Below the pieces are notes generated by a model, which saw nothing but the letters and a program-made list of their open reading frames with translations, was not told the DNA's origin and did not search any database. Made by a program: the position numbers and the translations under genes. DNA of 64,000 nucleotides from Marsupella aquatica (taxonomy: Eukaryota; Plantae; Marchantiophyta): contig OZ316897.1 in the NCBI GenBank assembly GCA_973895155.1, forward strand, positions 4,186,211-4,250,210, given 5' to 3'. How positions within the stretch are numbered: the stretch's first letter is position 1; each line of letters begins with the position of its first letter. Below are positions 1 through 15,500 of this stretch, in pieces.

Positions 1-2270
1 TATGCACTTGCCCGGTATCAGTAGCAACTTTATCAAATGGGTGCAGGCATTGATGCAGCACGCTACATCCAGGATACACCTGAATGGTATGCTTTCAACT
101 GACATTGGGCTCCAACGGGGGGTCAGACAAGGATGCCCCTTGTCTCCTCTCCTTTTTGTGATCTCAACACAACCATTGATGGATTTTATGGATGCAAAAC
201 TAGCTGCGGGCAGGCTGGAAGGAATACAAGTTTCAGAGATACTAACCATTTGCTACCGGCTGTTCGCGGATGACTTGGGGATGTTTATCCCGGCAAAGGA
301 GAGAAACTTTCAACAGGTAACAAAGGTGGTGAAATGCTATGAATTGGCAACAGGGGCTCGCCTTAACTTACGGAAATCCACTGTGATACCACTAGTAACA
401 ACAACGCCACGGTGGCTCAGGGATACTGGCTGTGTGATCAGTGGTAGGGGGAACTCCAGAAATACCTCGGAGCTCCACTGGGGGTAGACCTGAAAACGGA
501 GTAGCTGCACAACTATGTATTGGATAAGATTGGACAAAGGCTCTCATCCTGGGCCAACAAGATGTTGACATTCACAGGCAGAACTCTGCTTATTAGGCAC
601 ATTTTACAGGCAATACCAGTATATCACTCGATGTTCCTAAAGGCTTCTAATGCGCTTGCAAGAAAAATGACTGCACTTTGTCAAGACTTTCTGTGGGGGT
701 ATAACAAGGAGGGAGGTAGGCGGGTACCACTGGTCTCCTGGGCTCGCATCTCTCGCCCTAAGACGGAGGGGGGACTTGGAATCAAGGATTTCAGAAGCCA
801 TTCGGATGCATTACTCGCCAAATGGTTTACTGGGGCGTTGGATTCCCCCAGATCGGAATGGGCCTACTTGTTTGCTGCGAATTTGAAACTGATTGGATGG
901 GCCACCTATAAGGTAGTAAGGAGAAACAACTACACATTTAGGGACAAGATGCTACTCTGCTACCCGCGAGCACTTCATGGTCTAGCATATACAGGTGGGC
1001 TTTGGAAGGCATGGGAACAGCTACGGGTGAATTTGATATTCTGCTCCACGGATCGAGTACCAGGAAGATGGGCAGTAGGGGACACAATCAGGTGCTTGAA
1101 AGGCTTTCAGGCATGCAGCAATGAGGACATGGCTGCTGTCACAAGGCTCTGTGGGTGACTGGGCATTCGGTGTATACAGGATCTGTGGGCGGAGGAGAGA
1201 CAGGGTTGGAGAATGGTGAATGAGAGACGGGAGAACCTGAGGGGATTTTCACTGGAACACCGTAATCTGGGAAGGAAATTCATAGAGGCACTTGTGAGCA
1301 TCAGACAGTGTGTTTGGGGTTACGAGCCTGGTCCTTGATGCTGGTGTTGGGCAGACAGTCCGGATCCACTGAAGAGCTTTGGAATCCAGAATAGGAGAGC
1401 TTATAGGATGATCAGGACTGAGTGCAGCGACACCCCCAGTCTGAACAGAACTTGGGGGATCTCCAAGACAGCGGGGGAGTGGAATGTAGGATGGACTGGT
1501 ATATGGAGATCTGGGTTGACTATGAGGGCTAAGACTTTTCTGTGGAGGATAATTGCATCTGGTCTGTATACTGGAGTGAGGGCGATAAAGATAGGTAAAG
1601 GAACTGGTGAGTGCAAGCTGTGTCCTGGGATTCTAGAAACCATTCCCCACCTCTTCATTGACTGTGCACATGCACAGAAATGCTGGGCTTTATGTGCGGG
1701 ATGTTTTGATGGTGCATTTGCGGATCGCTTTGGAGGCCTGATTGGGATGCTTGACTCTGCTATCGGAAGGAACCCATGTAAAGTAGCAAAATTGTTTATG
1801 CTATACCAGATCCTCTGGACGCTGTGGAATGGCAGGAACGAGCACATGTTCAAGACAGAGGGAACCAGAAAGCTGGACCTGCGCTTTATGCTCTCTGAAG
1901 TGGCGGACCATGTCTCTGCTGTGATACTCACCTTACCGGCTTGTAATAGAAGAACGAGGCTACTTAGGGCCAAGGAGATGGTAAATAGGGAAAGGGTGCT
2001 ATGGATTAACCGGAGGGATATCTGGATCACTTCAGGCTAGAAGTAGAGTTTGTTTGAGGTTGATGTTTTGTAGATGATGAGGGTTCTGTCTATCAAGGGT
2101 ACTTGGATAGGTTGATGGGCTGCCCCTGGATGCACTCTGGGACTTGAGACACTTGCACTGATGGCTGTTTGGAATATTGGTGTCCCCTTTGCTGATGCTT
2201 CTAATTTCTGATTGTTCCCCTTGCTGCGGGGCTTTCGTGGCTCAAATTTATAAAATTAAAATGGATTTAA
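1..2270 (+). mobile_element. L1-clade LINE retrotransposon, 3' part (runs off the window start)
   Basis: ORF2 remnants: RT motifs RGVRQGCPLSPLLF, LFADD, KYLG, then plant-LINE VSWARISRPKTEGGLG and zf-RVT-type CKLC..ETIPHLFIDC. T-rich 3' UTR ending in an A/T-rich tract near 2250-2270. Confidence 0.93.
2..2040 (+). pseudogene. LINE ORF2 reverse transcriptase plus zf-RVT domain, disrupted
   Basis: ORFs 2-487, 520-1158 and 1408-2040 join into one ORF2 through a frameshift near 450 and in-frame stops near 1156 and 1337. Confidence 0.9.
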
Positions 2271-4339
2271 GGAAACTTGAAACACAGTGCAGGTTGTGAC
2301 AATTATCTTGATTTATGTAAACCTTCTTGTCATGCAAAGCAGACTAATCCAGCGCTTTACCATAAAGCTACTCAACCGAGACCTTGCCTACAAAAAACTG
2401 GAATTTAATTTGCAAGTTTTACTAGTGATCTTCTGGGGTGGTAATTGTTCAGTCGACTCAGGGGTATTTGCACAACTCATTTCATTGGTTCTATATATAA
2501 AAAAACAATAGGAACACCTTGTTCTAGTGGATTTTTAATTAGTTATGTGTTATTTATGGTGGCCTCTAGTTTATAGTGTTTCCCTATCGTTTCCGATGCA
2601 TTGGGGGATTCAACCTCCTATTTTATCTTGCTCCAAAACGACTTGTCTTTTGGACTTTTCTTCGCAAATTTCAAGATGCTGGTATATATTGACTCTCTTC
2701 GAATAGGGCTAGAATAGTACCTGCTAGAACATGTATGTTGTAAAACCATTTTCTTTAGGCAATAATGCTCATAATCATATTCCAGCAGGAGATATATATA
2801 TATTAATATCCAATTTCTTAATCTTGAACCTGGTCGGTAAGCTTAATCTCCTAGGTAGATTCCAAGGTTAAGCAAAGAATTCAAGCCCCAACGAGAAACT
2901 AGTGCAGTACCAGTGATATCATCTAGCAGCGTCAAGAAACCTAGATGGGTAGTAAGAGGCGTTTGTGAAGGTGGCAGCGCCAAATATGCCCACTCTGTTC
3001 ATTGTTAAAGCCATCAAAGAAATGAGCCATACGGTCAAAATAAAGCAGCTCAATTCCTATATGCCGTTTGGTGTCATGACAGCAGAATCAGGACATCGTG
3101 ACGGCTTTTGTGAGTGAATGTTGTAAAGAAAGGCCCCCCAAAACAACATTGATAGAAGAAGTAGTCATGCACTAAACCTTCTACTATAATTAAGAGTGGC
3201 CGACCAACGTGATAGAATTTGTAAAACCTATAACTCTTCACCTGAATTGCTTGAATTGTACTATAACCAGAACGTGATAGACAATACATCTTCCCAAGTT
3301 AGAGGTGTATTAATATAGGAAGCTTGCGCTTTTCATATTCAATGCAACTACTTCTAAGAGTTATCCATGTATATAGCCAGCCCAATATTGATGAAGGGTG
3401 ATTTTGGGGAACTTTGCACTTTGTAGCACGCACAGGGAACTGTGAGCCTTGCGTCTCAACGAGTGAGTCAATTGCATGATAGTCCACAAAAAGCCAACAA
3501 CGATTCACAATAACGTACCTACCAAGAGTTGTTGTCAATGAGCAGCACAATAGGACTTAAAAGCAAAGAAAACATCAAAACTGAACCATGAAACATCCAT
3601 AAATTCCCTGTAAAGTTTTCTTGGCATGGGACCAATACTACTTGCTAGCAAATCATGTGGAAGCTTTACATTTCTAAGTGACGGAGGAGGTTGAATTCTC
3701 CAGTACCGGCCCAAAGCCTCAACCTCACGTGAGCTAGATCTTAAGAGGAGGAAGATTGATCAACCACAAACCTTTCATTTCTAGTTGATTGTCTAGACAA
3801 CATGGACTAACACAAGACAGAAGATGGAGGGATCATAACTAGCAAGCTATTGGCGTTCCATCGGGCATAAAGTTTTGGTTTGCAGTGAGAGGATTGTCAT
3901 AACTTTTGGTTTCCAGCCTCTGAAACGCAACTGCATGCACACTGGGAAGACTGACTGCCCTCTAGGCCAGCCGATTCGTAGCAAGTTGGAGAGCAACTCA
4001 ATTGCAGGTCTATCACTCCAAGCCCCCTTGTGTTGGTGTGCACTTGTCTTTAAATCTCCTTCTCCTCAAGGCTCAAGCGCACAGAGTGAGGGCCTCTTGT
4101 ACTCAAGGATTAGAAGTTAGAACTGTCAGACCTGTGTCACAAAGTCATCGGAACTTTCACAGGAATAGAGAAGTGTATATAATTTGGGAGCAACTTGGGG
4201 AGCAATCAATCACGTAGAGCTTTAGCTGCCATTGTTGCACAAGGATGGTAGGATTCCAACTTGTTTGGAAGGTCACGAAGTATGGAAGATGCCAGAAAAG
4301 GTTTGAACGCTTTCTGAATTACATTGGACAATCCTCCCT

Positions 4340-5460
4340 GTCGGCGAGAGATATATATCATGATGGATGTGGGGAATTCCTGCCCGTTGTCGTAAGGGAA
4401 TTAGATTATATGGAGAATAGCTTGGTTTTGTGTGAAAATATAAAAGTTTTTTGTGGTAAAAATGAGATTTTGGGTTTTACCAAGTAAAATTATAAGTCTT
4501 GGTAATTTTTAAGATTTACCATAGTAAATAGTCACTTCTAGAATTTACCATAGTAAAAAGGTAAATTCTAGTAACTTCTAGAATCTACCTTAGTAAATAG
4601 TAATTTCTTGTATTTACCATAGTAAAAGGTAAATTCCGGTAATGCCTAGAATTTATCATGGTAAAAAATGAGTTCTAGAATTTACCGTGGTAAAAAGTAA
4701 GTTCTAGTAAGTTCTAATAAGTTCTAGTTAATTCTAGTATCTTCTAGGATACTCTTGTAAAGGGACCAACTGGCCTGGCTCCAACTATAAATAAGAGGGA
4801 GGTTTGCCCTCCCAGGGGAGTCCATTTTTCCAGTATTTCAAGTGTATAAGTGTAAGGATAGAGTGCATAGAGCGCATATTGTGTACATTTGCATTGGAGG
4901 AATACTTGAACATTGGTTCTAGGACTAACGGAATGGCTATGCCGTCGATTTCTATGGTGGAAGGGTTCTAAGTTTCTTGATTCTTGGTCATGGAAGGCAC
5001 TGCCACCACTCGAGTACCTTGAAGATGGAACTTTGAATCTGGCAAGGTCGGCTATGCCGCCAATACCATAGATATAATGTCCACAAACCTGTGATCAAGT
5101 AGGGACGGCTCTGCCGCTAAACCTTTCTTAGTTAGTAAGCATAATAGGAAGTATGAATATCAATAATGATTTGAATGAGAGTCCACAAATTTTGAATTTG
5201 CATTCTACGATGAGCATTAAGTTGATAGTAAAGAGGAAGGTAGATATTAGGCAGGTTCTTACACAGAAGTTTGGGAAAGAAGGATACACTACAATTATCG
5301 CGTCGTTGGATCCATTAATACTATATAGATACATAGATGGGGATGTGAGTGTGTTCATAATAGTGTAATAGAAGAGAGATCATAGCCGAGAGTTGATAGA
5401 AGTAAGTAGAGAAGATTATCACTTGGAGGAGAGATTTGTGGAGTGTGGGCCTGGCCCCAA
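4340..5460. repeat. Probable LTR-like remnant with short degenerate tandem repeats
   Basis: Repeated TAGAATTTACCATAGTAAA-like units at about 4490-4740, TATA-like CTATAAATAAG near 4786 and repeated GGCTATGCCG. Termini and TSD not resolved. Confidence 0.35.
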
Positions 5461-8400
5461 CTACTCTGGTGTTATTGCCATTATCTGGAGTAGATCACAC
5501 ATATCTCTTGGTACCAAAAGTGCTTAGGAGTCCTTGCAGAAAAGGGTACGCCCTTCCCATCCAGTTTATCTGGAGAAAACCGCAAGAGGCACAGGGGAAC
5601 CCAAGGAACTTGAGAAATGGCCGGGAGGGGACAAGGCTCTCAAGGGAATTGGTTCTAAGCATGAGGTCTCTTACAAGTGATAAGTAGCATAATTAGCACA
5701 TGCAGCCAGGCACCCGACATGTTCTTGAGAGCTCACTATTCCTATGACACCGTCGGGAGGCCGGACCCCCAAATGCTCTATGATGCATGTGGATGCCATT
5801 GGAACTATCACCTGAAACAAGATACCAATTTTGGGATTGTCCCCGACGCACTTTTCCCCCTATATTTGCCGCAAGAGGCGCCCACAGATATTCGGAGCGG
5901 TGGCATGCACTCAGGTCGATGAGATGCGGAGGGAGCGTCAATCAACGCTAAAAGCCAAGACGATGGAGCTACACGAGCAGGCAGGCGATGAATCTTATAC
6001 GACACTTTGAAGATCTCACTTGAATCTAGATCTGATTTCAACAGTTATTACTGACATGCTTGTCTTAATTGGAATTTGCAAATTATGTACATACCTCCAA
6101 TTTCTCTTCATCAATAAATACTATATGATCTCATATCATACTTTGATGATCTTACTTGTCGATCTGAACTAAACTGTTACTAAAATTAAGGCTTGTCTTG
6201 GATTTGAACCTGCGCATTCCAAATTCCAAATATTTCCAGAGAGAATCAAGAACAATGCATGAAATCCTCTTTACCTTTTCCCTGGCCTTTTCCTACCTTT
6301 TCCTCTTGTGAGCAATTGTCAATCAATGTACGCACTCTACTAATCGATCGAGGGAAGCAAATACACATGTTACATCTGATAGACAGAGCAAAAGAGAATG
6401 CCAAACTAAATGTCCATAGGAGAAGCAGCTGAATTGGAATGCAAATTAAGCATAGCCTGACCTAACACCTGAAGACTTGAATAGAAAGAATGACGCTACC
6501 GCAATCAGATGTCACTTGCTCTACGCAAGTGGCCCACGCTCCTTATAAATCTGCAACTACCCTGCTTTCCAATTGGCAACTTACAATTTTCCGCCTAGCA
6601 GGAAGAGAGGGCAAGTTCATATCTCTAGCTGTCGATTAGTAGATTAGAATCGAGTTCTAGTCTAGACTCATCGGAGAGGGAAAGTCACAGTAGAAGGATT
6701 GACAATAATTAGGCAATTCAGGGCTTAGAGAACTCACTCAGTTTGGGTTGGAGCTAGTTTGGGATGGTGTTGTATTGCACTTGGCAAGACTTGGACAGAG
6801 CTTGCCAAAATTCTCTGTCGCTTCGTGGATGGAGCAAGACTACCGTAGATAAACTTCACCTTCCAGGATCAAGCATATCTGGTGTGTCATTCCCTGTGAA
6901 TCTGGCATGGGCTGGATGCTGTGCCCATGCCCCCTCTCTCTACGGCTGTCCGTGTGTGCGTGCATGTTCTCCCGGCCTGGATGTTCTCCCAGGGCCACCT
7001 GCTCCGTTGTGCAAAACCAGATGTGGTGCTGATAAGGGATTAAAATGGCAAGCTCCTTTTTTGGGTCCTTTTTATAGCAATCCAATACAATCTATCTCTC
7101 AAACTCTCTGTACGTAGTCTCCCTCCATTTGTCACATATGCGTACTCCATGAGAAATAATTAAGTAGGGGTGATTGATTTAGCGTTGAATCCGTTGACCC
7201 GCCCGAGTGCAAGGTTTTGCAGACGAAGATATTGAAACCCCATTTAACAAACGCATTGCCGCCCAGCATTGCCATCCTTGATGCAAATCGTCAAGCAGAA
7301 TTAGTAACTTGAGCCATCGGTTTTCTATCCCCTTTTGTCACTTGTGCCTTTCCAACTAGTAATTCACCTACTCAGTGTGGAATCTGCCGACAAACTTTCG
7401 TTGAGCAGTGTATCCTCTTCCGTCCACTCTTCATAGTAGGTACGTCGGCTTTCCGCTGCATGTGATTGTTCCCCGGAAAGGTTTTGGCCTGCTCCGGTAC
7501 ATCTATCATACTTCTTTTGCCCCTTGCTTCTGCCTTAACTACGCTTATATTGATTTGAATAGCTAGAATCTTGAAGACGTATTGTAAAATTGTTGAGCAC
7601 TTACTTTGCTGGTTTGTAGTGTCAAAAAGAAATTTATCGGTGACCAAAGCCTGGATTTCTGAACCCTTCAACTATACTTCCAATATGCTCATGGGGAGAA
7701 ACTCTAGCGATAGAGCAGGACTTAGCCTTTGAGATTTTAGCAAGTGAACTCGAGAGGCAAAGATTTGGATTGCATGTTCAAGAAAAGGGAGAGAGGAGGA
7801 ACGAGGGACGACAAACTCCGAGCAGTTTGTCGACCATATCAATGGGTCTCAATTGTCGCATTGATCTTTGGGTTTCCATTCTCTGGCGTGCAAAAGTCTA
7901 ATATAGAAGGGCAATTGGATTCTAGAGGACAACAAACTAACTGTTCCCCCCACTGTTTCCTCACTTGTGAAGTGTGTGCAACTATCCATGCTCTAGTGCA
8001 AGTGCCAATCGGAGCAAGTGAGTCTACAAGAATTATCAAAAGTTTAGGTCTTTAAAGGCCAGTATTGATAGTCATTACTTATAATGGAAATCAAAGCAAG
8101 AGAATTGAGAGCTAGCAGGACCAATAAAAAATTGGATCTCTACTTTTGTGCCTATTCTCTAGCTTCTCGATCAATTGTATGAACAGCTTGATTGGTCCGT
8201 CGATGGGAAGAATCAATTTGTACTGTCTTTACATTCTTGTTGCACTAGTGAGAGATCACAGAAGTTGTTAGTTTGAAGAAGATGATTTGCCTTGAGCATG
8301 AATTGATAGACTAATCAATCTCTTTCAATCAACTCCTCTCTATCCCACAATTTTTGTTGTTTTCTCTAAGTTCCATGGTTCATTTTTCCCCGTTGAGATT

Positions 8401-8657
8401 CTCTCAAAACCTACTTCTAATTGTCATCCGAATACTTGCATTACAGATGGAAAGCAATTCGGAAAACGAGTATGATTGGGAAAGCAGTTACTAAATTACA
8501 TGAGCAACACAAGTCCCATGCCGGTCAATATGAGGGACCCCATCTTAAGATAGAATGAAGAAAATTTGAAGGACCTTTTTGTCATGACTGGCGCCTATAT
8601 ATCAAACTTGATATTGGATAGGAGGAAAGAAGTGAGATGAAATTACCGCAATGGATT

Positions 8658-8848
8658 GTCAACGACTTGAAAGTTCTGATAGCTGCCAAAAGACATGAGT
8701 TTGAAATGACATGAGAACTAATGGAAGGGGACAGAAGGCAAAGGGAAAGGCGGTCAACGACTTGAAAGTTTTGATAGCTGCCAAAAGACATGAGTTTGAA
8801 ATTGACATGAGAACTAATGGAAGGGAACAGAAGGCAAAGGGAAAGTCG
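8658..8848 (+). repeat. 95-bp tandem duplication within a decayed ORF-like region
   Basis: GTCAACGACTTGAAAG...GGCAAAGGGAAAG occurs at 8658 and 8753. Confidence 0.85.
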
Positions 8849-11800
8849 GTTTCCAGAGGACAGAGGATTGTTGATTTCTTGAAAGAGAATGGGGTGACTG
8901 ATTCTATTTGAGATGAAGAGAGTTATAGAGCGATGTGGCAGATTTTGTCAATGGATTGGTGGGACCTCTACGACTATGACAGAGTGAGGCCCTCTGGTTC
9001 TAAGTCCTACTATGAGATGTCTCCTTCAGAGTGCAAACAATGCTCACTATTTCCCATTTCCTGAAGAGTTCCACTTTGCTCTAGGGGTTTTGGAACTAGA
9101 CACTCTTTGCCTTTCCCTCTCAAGCAATATTTAATGAACCCTGTCTGCTATAGACACCTCCTGAATTTGGCGGATTTTGTTAATCCTTTGGATATGGGTG
9201 TTACGATAATAATGGATCACATCCTGTGACGATTTTCCCACTTACTAGTTGCGGAAGCAATTTAGTAAGAAGAGCCTAATATCCTATTTTCCATGCAGGC
9301 CAGTCACTCCTAGATTGCAAGTGCATCTAGCAGCAGCTAAAAGCTGGGTGTCGAATGCTCTCCATCAAGTTATGGAATCTATAGAGAAGAAGCTTTTGGG
9401 GGCATAAAAGCAGGCTGCTATAGATATTATCGATAACTTGGGTAACAAGGCCGCATAATACATCTTACTTTCACAACGCAAAGTAGCTATGTTGCAATAT
9501 GAGCTCAACTACACCAAGGAGAATGCTCTGTCCGGGCTGCTAATGCAAGTCAAACGAGTTTCAGATGCCCAGGTACATTAGATAATTGCCTATGTTGCAA
9601 CCCCAAGAATATCATTATGAATGAGCATTGGAAGGAACTGATAGTATGTGAAGGATTGGCTTGAATTGAAAGGATCCCTTAGAAGACAAACATGAAGAGA
9701 AAATGTATGAGAGAATTCAATAGAACGTTCCTCTAGGGAGCACCTTTGGAAGAACATAAGGAAGAAGGAAAAGCATTTGAGTAGAGACTATAATGGAGGG
9801 GACTCGAATTAGAGAATCCACGAAAAGAAACCTTGCGGATCGATGAGATGACAAAGGATCAAAGGAGACATAGTGGCGCACTAAGACTCAGAAGAGAAGG
9901 CTGAAATTGTCAAAAATCCTTTCAAGAATACTTCATTGCTATAGAGCTAGGGACAAGATTGAGGGGAACAAGAGCACGAAAGGAACACGTGCAACAAAGT
10001 CAGATCCCTTGACAACATAGATAGCAAAAACAACAACATTGCTGTCAGTTTCCCTTGAGAAAATCACAAAGGAAAGTCATTTCCCATCACTGCAACACAA
10101 AACACAGAGTTTTTCCACATGCGCGATTGAAGCAGCTTGAATATCTAATATTCCTTCTGTTGATACGATCGTGGAACCAGGCAAACTTGTGGCCAATATG
10201 TTGGTTGTGCTGGTCTCGCCGCTTATTTAGCTAATTATAAAGCCAATGATGAATAGGGAAAATTCATAACTATAAAGAGAATAGGAATGAAAAAGAGAAT
10301 AGGGATAAACAGCTTGGACTGTTTTGTCGTTTTGTTGTGTCCGACAACAAAACCAAGTCCTAGGTATGGAGGTGCGTAAGCACTTTTAGATGCGGAGCCT
10401 TTCCCCGTGCACTCTCACAATATTATCATCAAGTGCTGGGATGATTAGCCATCACCTAGCTCTCCGACTCAAGTTTACCCCGTGGTTATAAACAATCGTA
10501 CTTGAAGTCGAATCTCATGACTAAATCCTAATTTCAAATATAAAATAGAGCCTTGTGACTGAAGCCTTGGGAAGGCCGCAACTAAGACCCAACAAATGTA
10601 AAGCAATAAACTATTACAAAAAGAAAATTTCAATTGCATAATTAAGCCCTCAATTGGGTCATCAAAATGAATTAATGAGTGGTAATTAATTGCTAATCAA
10701 ACAGAAAAACAAAAATTTACCCCACTACACTATAAATCAAAATATAACATCATTCTCATAAATTTGAGATTGGAAACTTTATTTCACAGTTCAATGAGTT
10801 GTAATAGAAAAGGGGTAAACAAAAATGGTCTAAAATGAATAAGAGCATTTTAATTTTTTCCTCAATGATGAGACAAAAATGAATACTAAGACACAATTAG
10901 TTGATTTCCATGTATACCAGGCATCAAGAAGTAAAATGTGAAACAATGCATGATTGAAGTATAAATTGCTTGAATGGTATAAATTATATATTAAAAAGAG
11001 CAAATGTTTGGAACAAAATATGAATGGTGCATGAGAAGGAACAAACATGACATGGAAGGATCATTTGTTTACTTATGACATAAGTTATTACAATGAAAAC
11101 TCCATAGACCTCAATTTGAGGAGGAGAAAATAATGTATTGCCCCAATCATATAGCCCTTAAGGCATTCAAATACGAACTAGCAATACTAATTATTAATAC
11201 AAGGTATAGATAAAGATTCACGTTCTATATCTAGTGGGGATAGTTGTTAAGCTTACCATGCAGTATATATTGGCTAATCTCATATAAGATCGATATATAT
11301 ATAGGGTATTCTAAGAATGGGTGAAGAATGCGCATACAAAATAATGAGAATTTGAGATTTGAGGGGGAGAGAAGTACACCCTCCTCATACGCATCCATTG
11401 GATTATTTGAGTTCCATTTTGCAAATGATATCAAATGAGGAAGTGCCTTTAGCACATGCTATGAAATGAAGTGCACAAGAGCACATGAAATACTGATGAT
11501 GAACAATCATGAAAAGTATTTGGTAAAAACAAATAAGATAAGTGGAGAGAAGAGAAATTCTCCTTGAGATTTGAAAAGCCTTCGATAGAAGTGTGTGAAA
11601 ATCCCTAACACCACCATGGCTTTGCCACTACTACTTATGAACACATGTGACATGTATATATGTTGGTAATTAAACGATTTATATAACATGGAAAAAATGA
11701 TTTTCATATCTATGGATCCAAAAGGAAACTAAAGACAATTACGGAATACCACCCAAAATGATGGAAGACTAACGTATGCAAGTTGTTTGCAGAAAATGCA

Positions 11801-12537
11801 TATCTAATTATAAACACCATGAAGGAAAACTTGAGATCGAATGAAGAACACAAATAAAGACTCCCATTTGAAGGAAGAATGTGAGACCAATCATAAATGA
11901 AAACCCAAGATTCAAGTCTCTTCATGCGTCAAGCCTCAAACTTCCCCCATATTAAGAGTTCATATCATGTGACTTACTCCCAAGAGGGGACCCAATATAT
12001 TTAAGACCAAATTTTAGATCTATATTTTCACCCCCCTTAATTGAGACATATCCAAAATGACTATAAAATTAAAATAACTACTTTGCGTCATACCAAAGCA
12101 ATGTGCATTGCTCAAATTTGATCTCATCCATCTCCTAGATGAGCTATAGACATGCATGGTCATAGAGCTGCAATTCAATTGTTTACAAAACCTCTTGTAA
12201 AGGGCAATCTCACCGGACATTTTCAACAACTGTTCCAAAAATTGTTTCTTGCCATTGAGATCCAAGAATACTGATGAACATTAGAGAAATCAGTTTATTG
12301 TAAAAAAATCTAACCAAACAAATTTAAATTTCAGATAATTCTTTTTTCTCCAGATAAGGTAAGAAGAGTTGTTAATCAGTTTGTGATTGTTTTTGTGAAC
12401 ACACGTTAGAATTTATGTCATGTGAAGTGTGTAATGTAGTATTAAAACTATTTTCTTATGCAACTGAAGCTGGAAATCAAATTTTAAAGACTTCTCGGTT
12501 GCCCTAAGTCCAAGTATTGCGTTGCATTATTAACTTG

Positions 12538-15500
12538 TGTGACACGGGTAACGTGTCACTTGACCGAACCCAGGTCGTAGATTAGGACTTATACGGTCAT
12601 TAGGACCGTAGCCATAGCGTAGAATAGCACGTATAGCCATCAAGTTGCCATTATGATTAGATTAGGAGTAGGTTAAGATAACTGAATAATTACGAGTTCA
12701 GGAAAGGGATTATTACGCACGACCGAGGTACGGTGGCGGCAGCGGACTAAAAATCAGTTAGAAGAATCACGCTTGGACCGAGGCGCCGACTTCAGCTCGT
12801 TATCAATGACCAAACGGCCTGACCTTCTCACGCTCGGGCTCGTCCTGGCACCCCCATAAGAGAGGAGCCGATGGCACTGCGGGCCATTCGCTCATGTTTA
12901 CCTTTTTGGAATTCGCGGACGCTGCCATCCGCTCGCCTTTTTGATTGAATCCAGTCGACCTTTACGAGGAGATTATCGAGGGAGAAGAGCGGAATGTGGC
13001 GAGATTTAGTCAGGACGAGCGAGGCCTCCGCGAAAAAGGACCAGCCAGGTGGGAACGCGGACGCAACGAACCGGACTACGAGGTTAGTATGACCCTCACA
13101 GCCTTGGGATTTTGGACCTTGTTTGGCGAGGTAGGTGCTAAGTTCTCCGAGACTTACTGGTACTCTTGCCCCGAGAAAGCCGCTTACGAACGAAGGTACG
13201 CGAAGCTGGTAACCAAGGTAGCACTGGTTAATTGCGAAAGGACAGCCATCACCAGGGATTCTAGCTACAACGAGCTGCGAGACTACATCACCGAACTATA
13301 TCTCAGCGAGGAAGGGCTTAGATCGGTAGCAGAGGCGATTCTTGAGGTTCCAGCTAAGTTCTTTAAGCTGAAGGGCAACCAGCGGCTTACTCAAGCGGAG
13401 TTCGACAAGATTCCGGGGTACCTAGACCAGCAGATCGCAGCCAAAAAGCGCCAAGAAGACATCAGCAGACAACGGGAAGCGGCGCGTAATCTCACGTTCC
13501 TCGGGAAAGCTCCAATGCCTTCAACTGGGATATGGCTACCCCAGTGCCTCAACCGATGACCACCGGAGTACCACCGAACCAGTCCCAAGTCCGTCCAGTA
13601 ATCAACACGGAGTGTTCTTCGGGTTCCGAGCGAGCTAGTCCGCAACTCGAATGGCGGCCTCGTAAGCGGCCAAGGACTACGACGGCCCCCAAATCAACAT
13701 GGACCGACGCCGCGCCTGCACCTGCCCCGGCAAACCCCCCGACCAACCAGACCCGACGGCCCCCGGATAACCCGAAGTCCAACTTATTACAGGTAATCCG
13801 CGTCCCCGAGGTAGTCTGGATCGCGATCAAGAAACTCGAACATGCGGTCTATCTCAAGGAGCATCAGTTGGAGCGGTTCGCCCACTTGCTATGGAGGCCA
13901 TGCACTGCCGGGCCGAAGGAGATTTGTGAGTTCATCTCCAATTTTGACACTGATGCATCGACCACCAAGGTTTTGGGGCAGGCCTTATCACTCACGGAGC
14001 ATCGGTTAACGCAAATTTTCTGCCTACCAACCGGGCCGGTGCCGGTGGAAATCCGAATTCGGGATAAGGAGTATACGCCGCGGCACTTCAAACCCGAGGG
14101 TAAGACGGACAACGGATACAAGCAGGGGGCGTGCACCAACTTAACCTGTATGGAGCGGCTTAACTTCATACAGACTACCCTACACATGATTGAGCCACGA
14201 TCCAAGATTTCCCTCTGCACGATCGTGCAGGTGGAACAGTACAAACGACGAAACTGGGCCCAATTCTTCTATCGAAGATTCTCGGGGGAGCTGAAGCGGG
14301 CTCAGGGTGGTATGGCTATTGGAGGGAAGACTTACGTGGGAAGTCATATTGTCATTATCCTCGCCTGGTACAAGGCACGGCGGGAGGCCAGAGGAAAGAA
14401 TATGGCCACCTCAGCCCCGGGTAATGTCACCCCCGCCCCAGAGGAGGCAACCCCGACTACGCGGACTACCGTCCCTCGGGCAAACCCCAAGCCGGAAGCC
14501 CCGAGTAATACCCCGCAACCGCCCCCTGTGGAAATTCCACCGCCTCCTTCCGTTGAGCCTTCGCTACCTGCAGTACAACCACCCCCAATCCCTCCACCAC
14601 CTGAAGAAACCTTCCCCTCCCCAACGCTGACTACGGAGGAGCTCATTGCCCCTGCCGAGGAACCACCGGTACCCGAGAGGATGGAGGACTACCAAGTAGC
14701 CCCGGGGACCATGGCCTACGACCTGGTCCAGAAGTTTAGCCAGACTATGTCTAGGGAGCTGGCGACATACATCGGACAACAAGTCTCGGCATACTTTCAG
14801 CCAGCCTTCTTCATGTTAGAGCACCAACCACGGATCGTCAGCCGCTTGGAAGAAGAACTCATGGCGAAGGGGAATGAGATCGGGCGTCTCCAGATGCTGG
14901 TAGAGCACCTCGAGGAGGCAACGACCCGCCGCGAGGATTTAGTCCGCACTGTCGAATAGAGGGACGGACTAACCCAGGAGTTAAGCGGAGCGCAGGCTGA
15001 ACTCAAGAAGCTGGACGACACCGTGCTTCAATTATGCTCAGAATCTTCGGCTTGGGTTACCAGCCTGACCGACCTCAACAAACAATTCCTGCAGGCAGCA
15101 CAGCAGGTGGCTGGTCTCTCCGCCGAACGAGATAAATTGCTAGCGCAGGACCAGGTCCATTGCGACGCCATCGACTAGCTCAACTTGGAGGTGGCGCGGC
15201 TCCAGACTGAAGCCGATGAAGCTGCAAACGAGGCGGAGGAAGCAGTACGGGACAACAAGGCTTTGCAGGACCGCGTCACCCTGCTCGTCCTCCAGCGGGG
15301 AAAACCTGGGCCCACCTCTGATCAAGGCGGCTCGAGGTCTCGCCCCGACAAGGGGACCAGCCCTGGTCCAACCATTGCACACACGTAAGGGGTGGTTAGC
15401 GAAGGGTAGAAGCAGGCGCCGCGCGAGGCGGTTAAGTCAGCGGCATCTTTTGGTTAGGCGTAACGACAAAATGACTGTCATTAGGCGCCGATTAGCGGCA

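Noticed and set aside
2300-12500. Numerous short ORFs as host genes or gag/pol
   Set aside because: No recognisable motifs or coherent exon chain. Probably decayed retroelement sequence, but I could not define boundaries or products.
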